From positions 1,952,001-2,016,000 of the forward strand of contig CAVYGB010000002.1 in NCBI GenBank assembly GCA_963767925.1: a stretch of DNA of 64,000 nt. The letters are read 5' to 3'. The stretch comes from an uncultured delta proteobacterium (lineage in GTDB: Bacteria > Myxococcota_A > Polyangia > Fen-1088). Shown piece by piece: positions 29,508 to 41,426 of this stretch (within the stretch, counting starts at the first letter, position 1; every line of letters starts with the position of its first letter). The position numbers were made by a program, and so were the translations under genes. The notes under the pieces were generated by a model. The model saw only the letters and a list, made by a program, of their open reading frames with translations, made no database searches and was not told where the DNA came from.

Positions 29508-31003
29508 CAGGCGCGCTCCGCCGGCAGCACCACCGACATGGTGGTCCCCTTGCCGGCCTCGCTCTCGACCCGCATGCTGCCCCCGTGCTGCTGCACGATC
29601 TCGTGCACCAGGCTCAGCCCCAGGCCGGTGCCCTTGCCGGGATCTTTCGTGGTGAAGAAGGGGTCGAAGATGCGATCCAGGATCTCCTGGGGGATCCCGC
29701 TGCCGGTGTCGATCACCTCCAGCGAGGCGGAGGCCCCGCTGGTCCGCGTGCGCAGGGTGAGGACCCCCCCGCCGGTCATGGCGTCGAGGGCGTTGGTCCC
29801 CAGGTTGACGATGATCTGCTGGAGCTGCGACTGGTTGGCGACGACGATGGGGGCGCTCGGCGCCAGATCGTGTCGCACCTGGACCGACTGGGTCTTGGCC
29901 CGCGACTCCAGCAGGACCGAGGAGTCCTTCACCAGCGTGTTCAGATGCACCGGCTCGAGCGTCTTCCTGGCCGCCCGGGCGAAGGTGAGCAGCTCCTTGA
30001 CCAGCGCCTTGCAGCGGAGGGCCTCTCGCACGATGGAGCCCACCGGCAGCCGCATGGGGTCCCCCTCCTTCACCCGCTGCTCCATGCCCTGGGCGAAGCC
30101 CAGGATGACGCCCAGGGGGTTGTTGATCTCGTGGGCCACGCCGCTGGCGAGCTGACCGATGGCGGTCATCTTGGAGGTCTGGCTGTGGGCCTCGGCGCGG
30201 GCGGCCCGCTCGGTGGCCGCCACCTCCCGGCGCAGGATGTCCTGCAGGTTCCCCGCCATGCGGTTGAAGGCCACCGCCAGGGCGGCGAACTCGGCGTCCC
30301 CCTGCTCGGGGATGCGGGCGGCGAGGTTCCCCTCGGCCAGCCGGGCGCAGCCGGCCAGCAGGTCGGACAGGCTGCGGCGAAAGCGGGAGAACACCAGGAA
30401 GACCCCCACCGCCACCAGCACGAAGACGAGCACGGCCGAGGTCCGGGCCACCGTGGCCACCCGGGCGTGCAAGGTCGAGGCGGCGTGCAGGATGCGGTTT
30501 CGCTCGGCCCGCTCGCTCTGGACCCAGCCGTCGAGCGTGCGTTGCAGCTCGGCGATCGGCAGGGACGGCGGCGCCTCGCGCGCGGCCCCCCGGAAGGCGC
30601 GGATCTGGGACACCAGCCGCTCGACCCGGACCAGGCGGCTGATCTCCGCCCGCCGGAGGTCATCCATCCCCTCGTGGTCATCCGGGTCGGCCCCGCCCTC
30701 TCGCTCGACGAAGCGGCTCTCGATCACCGTCGTCTTGCGCAGCGAGGCCATGGTCTCGGTCAGGGTGGCCCCTGCCCAGAGGCGCTCCTTCTCGCCGCTG
30801 CCTCCCGCCAGCGACAGGGTGTGCAGGTAGCGATCGAACGCCTCCCGCACCATCAGCACCGCCTCGAGCTGCGCCGTCGCGTGCCCGACACGCAGGTGGG
30901 TGTGCGCGTAGCTCTCCGAGCTGCGGTGGAGCTGCACTCCCAGCAGGATGATGGCCAGCAACACGGTGCCGACCAGCAGGTACACCTTTGTGAGAAAGCG
31001 CAT
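29507..31003 (-). CDS. HAMP-domain sensor histidine kinase
   Basis: Two TM segments, HAMP, AHEINNPL, DTGSGI and FFTTK..GKGTGLGL. Confidence 0.93.
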   Translation of the reverse strand: MRFLTKVYLLVGTVLLAIILLGVQLHRSSESYAHTHLRVGHATAQLEAVLMVREAFDRYLHTLSLAGGSGEKERLWAGATLTETMASLRKTTVIESRFVEREGGADPDDHEGMDDLRRAEISRLVRVERLVSQIRAFRGAAREAPPSLPIAELQRTLDGWVQSERAERNRILHAASTLHARVATVARTSAVLVFVLVAVGVFLVFSRFRRSLSDLLAGCARLAEGNLAARIPEQGDAEFAALAVAFNRMAGNLQDILRREVAATERAARAEAHSQTSKMTAIGQLASGVAHEINNPLGVILGFAQGMEQRVKEGDPMRLPVGSIVREALRCKALVKELLTFARAARKTLEPVHLNTLVKDSSVLLESRAKTQSVQVRHDLAPSAPIVVANQSQLQQIIVNLGTNALDAMTGGGVLTLRTRTSGASASLEVIDTGSGIPQEILDRIFDPFFTTKDPGKGTGLGLSLVHEIVQQHGGSMRVESEAGKGTTMSVVLPAERA

Positions 31004-31290
31004 CAGGCTCCCTCCGTCCTCCGCGCTCGCGCGGGCGACCGCGGGACGGACCGCTGGCGAGTGGCCCCGTCGTCGAGGGCCCTCGCGCCGGCCACCGGGT
31101 GCGCGCGAGGGTCATCCGCGGGCGCGGACCCGGCCGGGGAGAGCGGGGGCCCCCGCCCGTCCGCCCCCGGGGCGAAGGGGAGGGGGTGCCCATGTCGGTG
31201 CGGCATCGCGGCTGTCCTTGGATCCGGCTCCCACGTGGTCACCGGGACATCGGCCGCGTCGCCTCCAAACTGGAGGCTCCGGAGGGGGCG

Positions 31291-32883
31291 TCAGCGGTCG
31301 AGCGCGAAGACGAAGATGGCCTGCCCGGCGGGGATGGCGACGTGCTGGCGGCCGTCGATCTCGAAGGAGAGGGGGTTGGCCCAGATGAGGCCGCCGGTCT
31401 GGAAGCGCCAGAGCGGCTTGCCGGTGCGGGCGTCGAGCGCGAAGAAGTACCCCTCGCGGTTGCCGCTCCAGACCAGCCCACCGCCGGTCGAGAGGACGCC
31501 GCCCGAGGGGGCCGAGTGCAGCGGGAACTGCCAGGCGACCTTGGCGGTCAGCGGATCGATCGCCTTGATGACCCCGTAGTGCTCGGAGCCCTCCACGTCG
31601 CGGGCGGCGCCGCCCTCGAAGCGACCGCCCGGCGTGTAGGGGGCCTCGTGTTTGTAGAAGATCTGCGCGTAGTCCTCGTGGGCCTGGACGTAAAACAGGC
31701 GGGTGGCCGGGTTGTAGGCGGGGCTATACCAGTTGGTGGCGCCGGCCAGCCCGGGGAACACCTTGGTCCCCTCCTCGCTGGGGGCGGTGCCGGGCAGGCG
31801 CAGCGGGCGGCCGCGGGCGTCGAGGCCGCTGGCCCAGCTCTGCCTGGCGAAGGGCGCGCCCAGCAGGAAGGCGCCGGTCTCCCGGTCGAGGAGGTAAAAG
31901 AAGGCGTTGCGGTTGGCCTGGGCGATCAGCTTGCGCGGGCGCCCCCCGAAGGGCGCATCGATCAGCACCGGGACCTGGTTGCTGTCCCAGTCGTGCAGGT
32001 CGTGGGGTGTGAACTGGAAGTGCCAGCGCAGCTTGCCGCTGTCGGCGTCCACCGCCAGCAGGCAGTTCGAGTAGAGGTTGTCCCCCTTGCGCGCGTCGCC
32101 GTTGTAGTCGGGCGAGGGGTTGCCGGTGCCCCAGTAGATGAGGTCGAGGGCGGGATCGTAAGAGCCGGTGACCCAGGTGGGCGCGCCCCCGGTGCGCCAG
32201 CTCGAGCCCGACCAGGTGTCGTGGCCGGGCTCGCCCGGGCCGGGCACCGTCCAAAGGCGCCAGGCCCGCTTGCCAGTGCGGGCGTCGTAGGCGTCGAGGA
32301 AGCCGCGGATGCCGAACTCGCCGCCCGAGATGCCGACGACGATCTTGTCCTTCACCGCCAGGGGGGCCACCGTCATCGAGTGGCCGGTGCGGTAGTCGGC
32401 GACCTTGACCTCCCAGCGCACCTTGCCGGTCTTGAGATCCAGGGCCACCAGGTTGGCGTCGAAGGTGACGAAGAAGAGGGCGTCGTCCAGCACCGCCGGC
32501 CCCCGGTTCACGGGGCCGCAGCAGCTCTTGACGTCGCGAGCGGCCGGGCGGCGGTAGCTCCAGAGCGGCCGCCCGGTGCGGCCGTCGAGGGCGGTCGCGA
32601 TGTGCGGCTTCTCGGTCAGGTAGAGGACGCCGTCGATCACGATCGGCGAGGTCTCGAGCTTGCCCGCCTCGCGCGACTGGTACACCCAGACCGGCTTGAG
32701 CCCGGCCACGTTGCCTGGATGGATCTGGGACAGCGGCGAGTGCCGCTGTCCGTTGTAGTTGCCCGAGTAGGTGAGCCAGTTGCCCGGCTCGGCCGCGGCG
32801 TTGACGATCCGCTCGGCCGACACCCCCGCCGCGCCGGCCTGGGCGGTGGCCAGCAGCAGCACCAGGGCGGCGCCCCCGCCCAT
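31291..32883 (-). CDS. PQQ-dependent alcohol dehydrogenase family protein
   Basis: WLTYSGNY..RHSPL, vicinal CC (KSCCG), GGEFG, WGTGNP, TPHDLHDWD, Trp-docking repeats and a signal peptide. Confidence 0.92.
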   Translation of the reverse strand: MGGGAALVLLLATAQAGAAGVSAERIVNAAAEPGNWLTYSGNYNGQRHSPLSQIHPGNVAGLKPVWVYQSREAGKLETSPIVIDGVLYLTEKPHIATALDGRTGRPLWSYRRPAARDVKSCCGPVNRGPAVLDDALFFVTFDANLVALDLKTGKVRWEVKVADYRTGHSMTVAPLAVKDKIVVGISGGEFGIRGFLDAYDARTGKRAWRLWTVPGPGEPGHDTWSGSSWRTGGAPTWVTGSYDPALDLIYWGTGNPSPDYNGDARKGDNLYSNCLLAVDADSGKLRWHFQFTPHDLHDWDSNQVPVLIDAPFGGRPRKLIAQANRNAFFYLLDRETGAFLLGAPFARQSWASGLDARGRPLRLPGTAPSEEGTKVFPGLAGATNWYSPAYNPATRLFYVQAHEDYAQIFYKHEAPYTPGGRFEGGAARDVEGSEHYGVIKAIDPLTAKVAWQFPLHSAPSGGVLSTGGGLVWSGNREGYFFALDARTGKPLWRFQTGGLIWANPLSFEIDGRQHVAIPAGQAIFVFALDR

Positions 32884-33773
32884 CAGCGGCCCCCCCGCAG
32901 CGAAGCGAGGAAGGCCACCAGATCCTGCAGCTCCCCGGGCGGCAGCGTCTCGGCGTAAGACGGCATCGGCGAGCGGCCCCAGTCCTTGTGGAGCTGCAGG
33001 AGGTCGCTCTTCCAGAACGACCGCACCTGGTTGCCCGCCTCGCGGATCTGGATCGAGAAGGTGTCCTCGTTGACGCGCACGCCGATGATCTCCTGGCCGC
33101 TCCGGGGTTGCAGCCGCACCTGCAGGAAGTTCTGGGTGATGAGGGCGTCGTCCCGGTAAGGCGACGCGCTCTTCGGCAGATCCGCCTCCGGGTCGGTCAG
33201 GGCGCTCGCCAGGTGGCGCGCTCCCCGGCGGGCCCCGATGTCGGTGAGCTCCGGTCCGGTGGCCCCGCCCGTCCCCCCGATGGCGTGACAGAGGGTGCAG
33301 CCCCCCTTGCCGAAGTACAGCTCCCGCCCGCGGGTGGCGTCGCCGGGCACCCGCTCGGGCGGGCGGCGGCCGAGCTGGAGGACCCAGTCGGCCACCAGGC
33401 GAGCCTGGTGGGGCTGCAGGTGGGCGTCGGGCATCTCGGTGCCGTCGATGCCGTCCTCGACGATGTCCAGCAGCGCGGCCCGGTCGGCGGCCCGCGCCAG
33501 CTTCGGCACCGCCAGCACCGGCCCCCGGCCGCCCTCGCCGTTGGGGCCGTGGCAGCTCGCGCACTCGCGCTGGTAGATCTTCTGCCCGTCCGCCTCGCCG
33601 CCCCGGGCCTTCGCCGGCGGCCGGGCCGGCGTCGCGCGCTCGGCCCGTGACGGAGGCTGGTGCTGGGCCCGGGCCGGTCCCGCCGCCAGGAGGAGCGCCC
33701 CGGCCAGCGCCAGCGCGGCGGCTCCGGTGGTCCGGAAGGAAGGTTCGGGGCTGCTCGGGCGCGCGGGCCTCAC
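32883..33773 (-). CDS. Di-heme c-type cytochrome (start uncertain)
   Basis: CASCH and CTLCH motifs, signal peptide, SPMP...DLVAFL; stop overlaps the dehydrogenase start. Confidence 0.85.
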   Translation of the reverse strand: MRPARPSSPEPSFRTTGAAALALAGALLLAAGPARAQHQPPSRAERATPARPPAKARGGEADGQKIYQRECASCHGPNGEGGRGPVLAVPKLARAADRAALLDIVEDGIDGTEMPDAHLQPHQARLVADWVLQLGRRPPERVPGDATRGRELYFGKGGCTLCHAIGGTGGATGPELTDIGARRGARHLASALTDPEADLPKSASPYRDDALITQNFLQVRLQPRSGQEIIGVRVNEDTFSIQIREAGNQVRSFWKSDLLQLHKDWGRSPMPSYAETLPPGELQDLVAFLASLRGGR

Positions 33774-33817
33774 GTCGTCCCGGCTGTCATACCCCAGGAC
33801 GTCGCCCAGGTTTAGCC

Positions 33818-34309
33818 CTATGTCCGGGCGGGCGTGCCGGCAACGTTCCCCGCGAGGGCCGCGAGGCGCCGCGCGATCTCGGGGAGGGCGGTGCTCGAGG
33901 AGATGACCTCGAGCGGCGCGTGCGTCCGCTCGAGGAAGCGCACCTGGTTGTCGTCGTCGATGTCCGCGAACAGCAAGGTGGGCAGCTTCACCCCGGCCAC
34001 CCGCAGCGCGCGCAGGATGAGGATCCCCTGCACCTCGGCCAGCCGCCGCCGGGTCTCCTCGGGCCACACCTCGGCGCCGCTGGCCGCCCCCGACTCGTCG
34101 ATCAGGCGCTCGGGCGGGGCGCGCCGGAAGTCCAGGTCCAGCAGCAGGGCGGCGGCGTCGGGCGGGGCCCCGAGCTGCTCTTGCAGCTCGGCGTAATGGC
34201 CGGCCCGGTCGAAGCGGAACGAGCCGCCCAGCAGCCGCACGAACCGCTCGCTGTATTCGTGGCCGTCTTCACAGACCAGGAAGCGAGGGGGATCGCGCGG
34301 CGCCGACAC
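33818..34309 (-). CDS. Atypical stand-alone receiver-domain protein
   Basis: LVCED, LLLDLDF, and an insertion ending QGILILRALR that is shared with the receiver of 38550..40316. Confidence 0.65.
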   Translation of the reverse strand: MSAPRDPPRFLVCEDGHEYSERFVRLLGGSFRFDRAGHYAELQEQLGAPPDAAALLLDLDFRRAPPERLIDESGAASGAEVWPEETRRRLAEVQGILILRALRVAGVKLPTLLFADIDDDNQVRFLERTHAPLEVISSSTALPEIARRLAALAGNVAGTPART

Positions 34310-34317
34310 GGCGCCGC

Positions 34318-35445
34318 TCAGAACGCGCCCGAGAAGACCGCCACGCCGCCCGCTCCGGACGGGGCCACCCCCAGCGCGTAGCCGGAGCGGCCGAGCGCCA
34401 TCGCGCTGCCCGAGTCGGAGAAGTAATACAGCACGCCGGCGCCGATGATGGACGCCGCCCCCAGGCCCAGCAGGACCCGCGAGCCCAGGTAGATCTGGCG
34501 GATGCGGTCGACCCGCTTCTGGGCGCAGTTGGGGCGGCAGCTATCGAGCCGCTCGGTCCCGCCGTTGGCGATGGCGGTGCCGACGAAGAAGCCGCCCACC
34601 GCCAGGACCCCGCCGCCCGCCAGCAACATGCTCGTGAGGGTGATCTGGCGGCTGCCCGTGCGCCCGCTCTGGTCGGGCGGCGCCTCCGGCGGCTCCTCGT
34701 CCGGATCGACCGCCGGCCGCACCAGCGAGGCCGGCGACAGCTCCGCGCTGCTGGAGGACTCGGTCGACTCGCTCGCTTCGGAGGACTCGCTCGCTCGGGA
34801 GGACTCGCTCGACCCGCTGGCGCTGCTGGCAGCGCCGACCGACTCGAGGGGATCGGCGGGGGGCGGGGCGGCCGCGGTGAGCGGGATGCTGGACTTGGCC
34901 AGGGCGTTGCCCCCCGCCTGCAGCGAGACCTCGATGGTGCGGTTGCGCTGGCCCTGGACGAAGACCGTCTCGAAGCTGGCGAGCACGTCGCTCCCCGAAC
35001 GAAACGACAGCAGGTGGCGGCCCGGATCCACCGGCACCGCCCGCCCGTCGGTCTTGGCCTTCAGCACCTCGCCGTCGAGCAACATGGTCACGTCGGTGAC
35101 GGCCTTGCCCGCCTCGCTGAGGATGATCGGCACGATGGTGGGGATGTCGTTCTCGATGGTGATGACCCGCCGGGCGCACTCCCGCCGGACGTTGGGGCCA
35201 CAGGTCGCCACCGCACAGCGGAGCATGGTCGCCTTCGCCTGGCGCAGCTTGCCGGACTTGTAGAGCGCGTCGGCGTTGCGATAGGTGTTGATACAGGCTG
35301 GGTTGCCGCCCCCGCCCCCGCCCCCTGCTGCCGGGCCCCTGCGCGCCCGCCGAGGAGCGCCTTCGCCGATGGTGACGTTCAACAGCAAGACGGCGGCGCA
35401 AGCCGCAACCTGGACGGTTCGCCTCAGCAGAATCTGGTGCAGCAT
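34318..35445 (-). CDS. Exported myxobacterial-type protein with PEGA-like domain
   Basis: Signal peptide, Cys-containing helical N-terminus, LDG...PVDPGRH, Ser-rich linker, hydrophobic C-terminus ending in F. Confidence 0.7.
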   Translation of the reverse strand: MLHQILLRRTVQVAACAAVLLLNVTIGEGAPRRARRGPAAGGGGGGGNPACINTYRNADALYKSGKLRQAKATMLRCAVATCGPNVRRECARRVITIENDIPTIVPIILSEAGKAVTDVTMLLDGEVLKAKTDGRAVPVDPGRHLLSFRSGSDVLASFETVFVQGQRNRTIEVSLQAGGNALAKSSIPLTAAAPPPADPLESVGAASSASGSSESSRASESSEASESTESSSSAELSPASLVRPAVDPDEEPPEAPPDQSGRTGSRQITLTSMLLAGGGVLAVGGFFVGTAIANGGTERLDSCRPNCAQKRVDRIRQIYLGSRVLLGLGAASIIGAGVLYYFSDSGSAMALGRSGYALGVAPSGAGGVAVFSGAF

Positions 35446-35529
35446 GCCAAACCTCGTCGTCGTCGTCGTCGTTCGAGCCGAAGGCCGATCCTTAATACAC
35501 GGGCCGGGCGCTTCAACTCCTAATCGTCG

Positions 35530-38500
35530 TCAAGGGCCGTCAACCGCCGCCGATTCGCGGGCGATCGGGAAGGCGGCCCCGATGGCCTTGTAAAAGGGCG
35601 GTGATTCGCGTCGGACGACGAGGTGCCCGCCCCAGCGTCGGACCAGGTCGCGCACGATGCCGAGCCCCCGGTCGCCGTCGCGGCGCTCGATGTCGTCGAG
35701 GGCGACGCTGGTGGGCGCCGAGTCGGCCACCAGGAAGGTGACCAGGCGCCGCCCCGCCGCGTCCTGCGTCTCCTCGACCCGCAGCAGGACACGCGGATCG
35801 GCGGCGCCCCCGGCGGCCACCACCGCGTTTCGAACCAGGTTGGCGACGATGGTCTCCAGCGCCGCCGGCGTGACGGGGAGGTCGACGTCCAGCGCGGCCA
35901 GGTGCAGGCCGGGCGTGACCGCCGCCGGCCGGCCGGTGCGCCCCGCCCGGTCGGCCACCGGCCGCAGCCAGCTCGCCACCGAGGCCGGGTCGAGCCGGGT
36001 GCGGGGCGCCGCCGCCAGCAACGCCGCCAGGGCCGGGCCGCGCTCCTCGCGCAGCTCGCGATCGAGCGCCAGCAGCTCGCGGTCGCCCGCCCGGCTGGCG
36101 CTGCCTGCGGCCAGCAGCGCCTCGGCCCGGGCCAGGGCGCCGTGCAGGGGACCGAACACCGGCTCGCGGGCCAGCGGGACCACCGCCACCCCCGCCGCCG
36201 CCGCCGCCCGGCGCAGCCGCTCGAAGGCGGTGGCCACCGCGGCCGAGGCCGGGCTGGGCTCGAGCAGGGCGCGCGCCACCTCGGACCTCGGGGCGTCGGG
36301 CGCGCTCAGCATGCCCAGCGCGCTCGCCCGGTGCTTGAGCACGTCGTGGCGGATCTCGGCCGCCGCCAGCGCCACCTCGGGGTACAGGTCGGGCAGGCGG
36401 GCCAGGGCCCGCGCCACCGATCGGCCACGCAGCCGGCGCGCCAGCAGGAGGGCGGCGATCAGCAAAAGCGCCCCCGCCGCCACGACCATCCCGGTCCGCA
36501 CCCGGGCCGCCTGGGCCACCTGCCGGTCCTCGGCCTGCGCGTGCCAGGTGGGCAGCGCCCGCGCCGCCTCCTCGCGCATTGGATCGTCGGCCCCGGTGGC
36601 GCGCAGGAAACGCTCGCCCGCCGCCACCGCCTCGTCCCAGCGCTCCTGCGCCGCTGCCTCCCGGGCCAGCGCCCAGTCCGCCGCAGGCACCCCGGCCGCG
36701 CGCGCGGTTTGCAGATCCGCGGCGAGGGCGCGGTCCGGGCCTGCCTCGGGCGGGCGGCGGGCGGCGAGGCGGGCGATGCGGTCGAGCGCGGTCCGGCGCT
36801 CGCCCTCCTTGCCCGCGGCCAGCGCCTTGCGGTGACAGTCGAGCGCGTCGGCGGTCCGCTCCTGGTACTCGGCGATGCGCCCGAGCTCGATCAGCCACTC
36901 GGTCGCCACCCCGGCCCGGCAGCGTCCCCCCAGCGTGCGGGCCGCCTCCTCGGGCCGGCCGGCCAGGAGCTGGCGGCGCGCCCAGGCCACCGGCGTCCCC
37001 TCGCGCAGGGTCGGCTCGAGGTTCGCGCGCAGGGCCCGCGCCTCGGCCAGCCGGGCCGGCTCCACCTGCGAGCCGACGTAGGCGGTGAGATCGGCGAGCG
37101 CCCCCGCGCTGTCCCCCTCGCCCGCGCGCAGGACCGCCCGCTCGAAGCGCGCCTCCACCGCCCCCAGCGCCACCGCCCGATCGAGCCAGGGCTCCACCAT
37201 GCGGAGCACGTCGTCGTCGTGGCGGATCTTCAGCAGCTCGGTGGCCAGCCGGGCCAGCCCCTCGCCGTCGCCCCACAGCGCCACCACCGTGGGCCGCCCG
37301 ATGGCCCCGCCGAGCGAGAACAGCGAGGCGGCCGCCTCGACGTAGCCGGGCGAGTCGGCCAGCGCCTGGGCCAGCGCGGTCTGGGCCATCGAGGGGACGT
37401 CGTGGGCGATCCAGCGCTGCGCCTCGGACAGGAGGGCCTGCGCCCGCGCCGACGGAGGGCGGCCGGCCCGGGGCGCCTGGCCGCTGCCGGCGGGCGCGAT
37501 CTTGCTGGCCAGCTTGCGGCGCACCTCGCGCAGGTCGTTCCAGGAGGGCTCGAGGGCCAGCGCCTTGCGCAGGGCCTCGTCGGCCCGGGCGGCCTCCAGG
37601 CTGCCGCCGTGCTCGGCGAGGATGGTGCCGAGCAGCCGCCAGGCGCCGGCGTGCGAGGGGCGGAGCTGCAGGAGCAGCAGCAGCTCGCGCCGGGCCTCGT
37701 CGTGGCGGGCCAGCGCCACCAGGGCCCGCGCCCGCAGGAACCGCGCCCCGCTGGCGGTGGGGTGCTGCTGCACGAGGCCCCCCGCCAGATCGAGCGTCAG
37801 CTCGGCGTGGCCATCCAGCAGGTGCTCGCCGGCCCGGCGCAGGGTGCTGGCCGCGGCCGGCGGCAGCGTGGCCTCCGGCCAGTCGGCCAGGGCCAGCGCG
37901 CGCTCGTCCTCCTCGATGGCCCGCAAGGTGTCGTTGGCCCGCTTGCGGAGCTGCAGGGCCAGGCCGGCGGCGGGGAGCTGCGCGATCCGGCGGCGCGCCT
38001 CGGCCAGCCGCCCCACCCCGCGCTCGAGCTCGGCGGCGGCGATCAGCACGCTGTAGCGGCCGTGGGGATCCTCGCGCAGGGCCAGCATGGCCCGGTCGAT
38101 GAACGTGAAGATCTCCTCGCGCCGCTGCCAGCGCTCGGGGCTGTCGGTCATCAGCTCCAGGAGGTTGACGTAGGCCAGCCAGCGGCGGGGATCGAGGGCG
38201 ATGGCCTGGCGGTACATCCCCTCCGCCTCCCGCCGGGCCCCCAGCTTGGCGAGGGCGAAGCCGAGGTCGTTGGCGATGTGGGCCTGCCGGGGATCGAGGG
38301 CGTGGGCCCGGCGCAGCAGCTCGACCGCCTCGCCCAGCTGGCCGGCGTGCAGCCGGGACTTGCCCGCCGCGTGGTCGCGCGCGGCCGCCGCCGGATCGGC
38401 GGTCGGCTCGGCGGGGGCGGTCGGCGCTTGTGTCGCGGGCGCTGAGGGAGCTGCCGGCGCCGCCGCCGGTCCCGCGTCGGGCGGCGGCTGCCAGGCGGCC

Positions 38501-38549
38501 GGGGCCTGGGCCAGCGTGCCCCACAGCAGGGCGGCCGCGGCCGCGCCGG

Positions 38550-38553
<4 letters not shown>
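35530..38553 (-). CDS. Large TPR-containing membrane protein with C-terminal histidine-kinase-like module
   Basis: Signal peptide, many TPRs, one TM (GMVVAAGALLLIAALLLA), EIRHDVLK, ANLVRNA, VADSA and RGLGIVRDLV; ATG at 38553 overlaps the upstream stop. Confidence 0.8.
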
Positions 38554-40316
<1,763 letters not shown>

Positions 40317-40335
40317 GTTCGTCCGGAACCGTGCC

Positions 40336-40674
40336 CTATTTCACGTTCCGGGCCAGCGCCTCGAAGGCCGGCTCGAGCGCCAGCACCCCCGCCAGATCCC
40401 CCCGCCCCGCCGCCGCCTCCACCCCCGCCACGGCCACCCCGAACGCCTCCAGCGGCGCCACCGGCAGTCCCGCTGGGGCAGCCGCCCGCAGCGCCTGCCA
40501 CAGCCCACCCGGCGTGGTCGCCCGCCCCTCGTCGTCGGTCAACGCGACAACCAGCTCCCCCGCTCGGACCGCGCCGCCGAGGTCCCGCCGATCCCGGGCC
40601 GGCCAGAGCAGCCGCTTGCAGAGGTCATGACGCACGCGCGCCAGCCAGGCCCGCACCCCGTCGTCGTCGCTCAC
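40336..40674 (-). CDS. Small hypothetical protein with H-box-like RHDLCK motif
   Basis: Co-oriented and ends 19 bp before the activator start; the motif resembles RHDVLK in 35530..38553. Confidence 0.6.
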   Translation of the reverse strand: MSDDDGVRAWLARVRHDLCKRLLWPARDRRDLGGAVRAGELVVALTDDEGRATTPGGLWQALRAAAPAGLPVAPLEAFGVAVAGVEAAAGRGDLAGVLALEPAFEALARNVK

Positions 40675-40719
40675 GCAATATACATATCACATATCGTTAA
40701 TGTAGACCCCTCCCAGTTC

Positions 40720-40795
40720 CGTCTACCCCGTCCCCGTCCCCGTCCCCGTCCTCGCTCCGTTCCGTCGTTCCCGCTCCCGTTCCCGCTCTGCCCCG
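40720..40795. repeat. CCCCGT/CCCGT simple repeat tract
   Basis: ccccgtccccgtccccgtccccgtcc...ttcccgctcccgttcccgct. Confidence 0.7.
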
Positions 40796-40812
40796 ACGCC
40801 GCCCGCGAACCC

Positions 40813-40828
40813 CGGCACGCCCGCTGCA
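40813..40828 (+). promoter_or_regulatory. Putative sigma54 -24/-12 promoter
   Basis: CGGCACGCCCGCTGCA versus consensus TGGCACG-N4-TTGCW, with GG at 40814 and GC at 40826; about 30 bp upstream of the ATG at 40861. Confidence 0.6.
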
Positions 40829-40860
40829 ATCGACCGATCCGAAAGGAACTCGGTCCCAAA

Positions 40861-41259
40861 ATGTCCATCACCGGTCTCGCCTTCCTCATCGCCGCCACCT
40901 CTTTCGCCGGGGAGCTCGCCGCCCTGCCCGCGCCCCACGTCACCCTCGCCATCGGCTACCAGCTCGTGGGCCGCGAGCTCGCCCGCGTCGAGCGCGGCCA
41001 CGTCTTCGTGGCCGGCGACCGGGTGGTAGCCTGGTCCGCCGTGGCCGGCGTCCCCGCCGGCTTCATCGAGCACGTCTGGTCGCGCGACGGCGTCGAGATC
41101 GCCCGCCAGGTGCTCCCGGTCGGCTCGGGTCGCCGCTGGCGGAGCTGGTCCCGCCACACCGTCAAGCCCGGCAGCTACGAAGTCCGCCTCATCGGCCCCG
41201 ACGGCGCCGTCCTCGGCAAGACCCGCTTCGAGGTCGCCGAGCTGGAAGAGGACTGCTGA
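40861..41259 (+). CDS. Exported DUF2914-like protein
   Basis: Signal peptide; HVW...L.V...RWRSWS, G.YEV and G.VL...F pattern. Confidence 0.75.
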   Translation: MSITGLAFLIAATSFAGELAALPAPHVTLAIGYQLVGRELARVERGHVFVAGDRVVAWSAVAGVPAGFIEHVWSRDGVEIARQVLPVGSGRRWRSWSRHTVKPGSYEVRLIGPDGAVLGKTRFEVAELEEDC

Positions 41260-41426
41260 CTGCTGACGACCGTCGCAAGAAGCCCCGTTCCCCGAGCCAA
41301 CGCCACACCCCGCGACCTCCACCTCCACGCGGCCGCGCCCAGCTGGCGCGGCCGCATTTGTCCCCTCCGCCGAGGGGCGCGCCCGGGTAAGATCGGGCTC
41401 GTGGGGCGCGGGGGCTGGCGTCGTGT

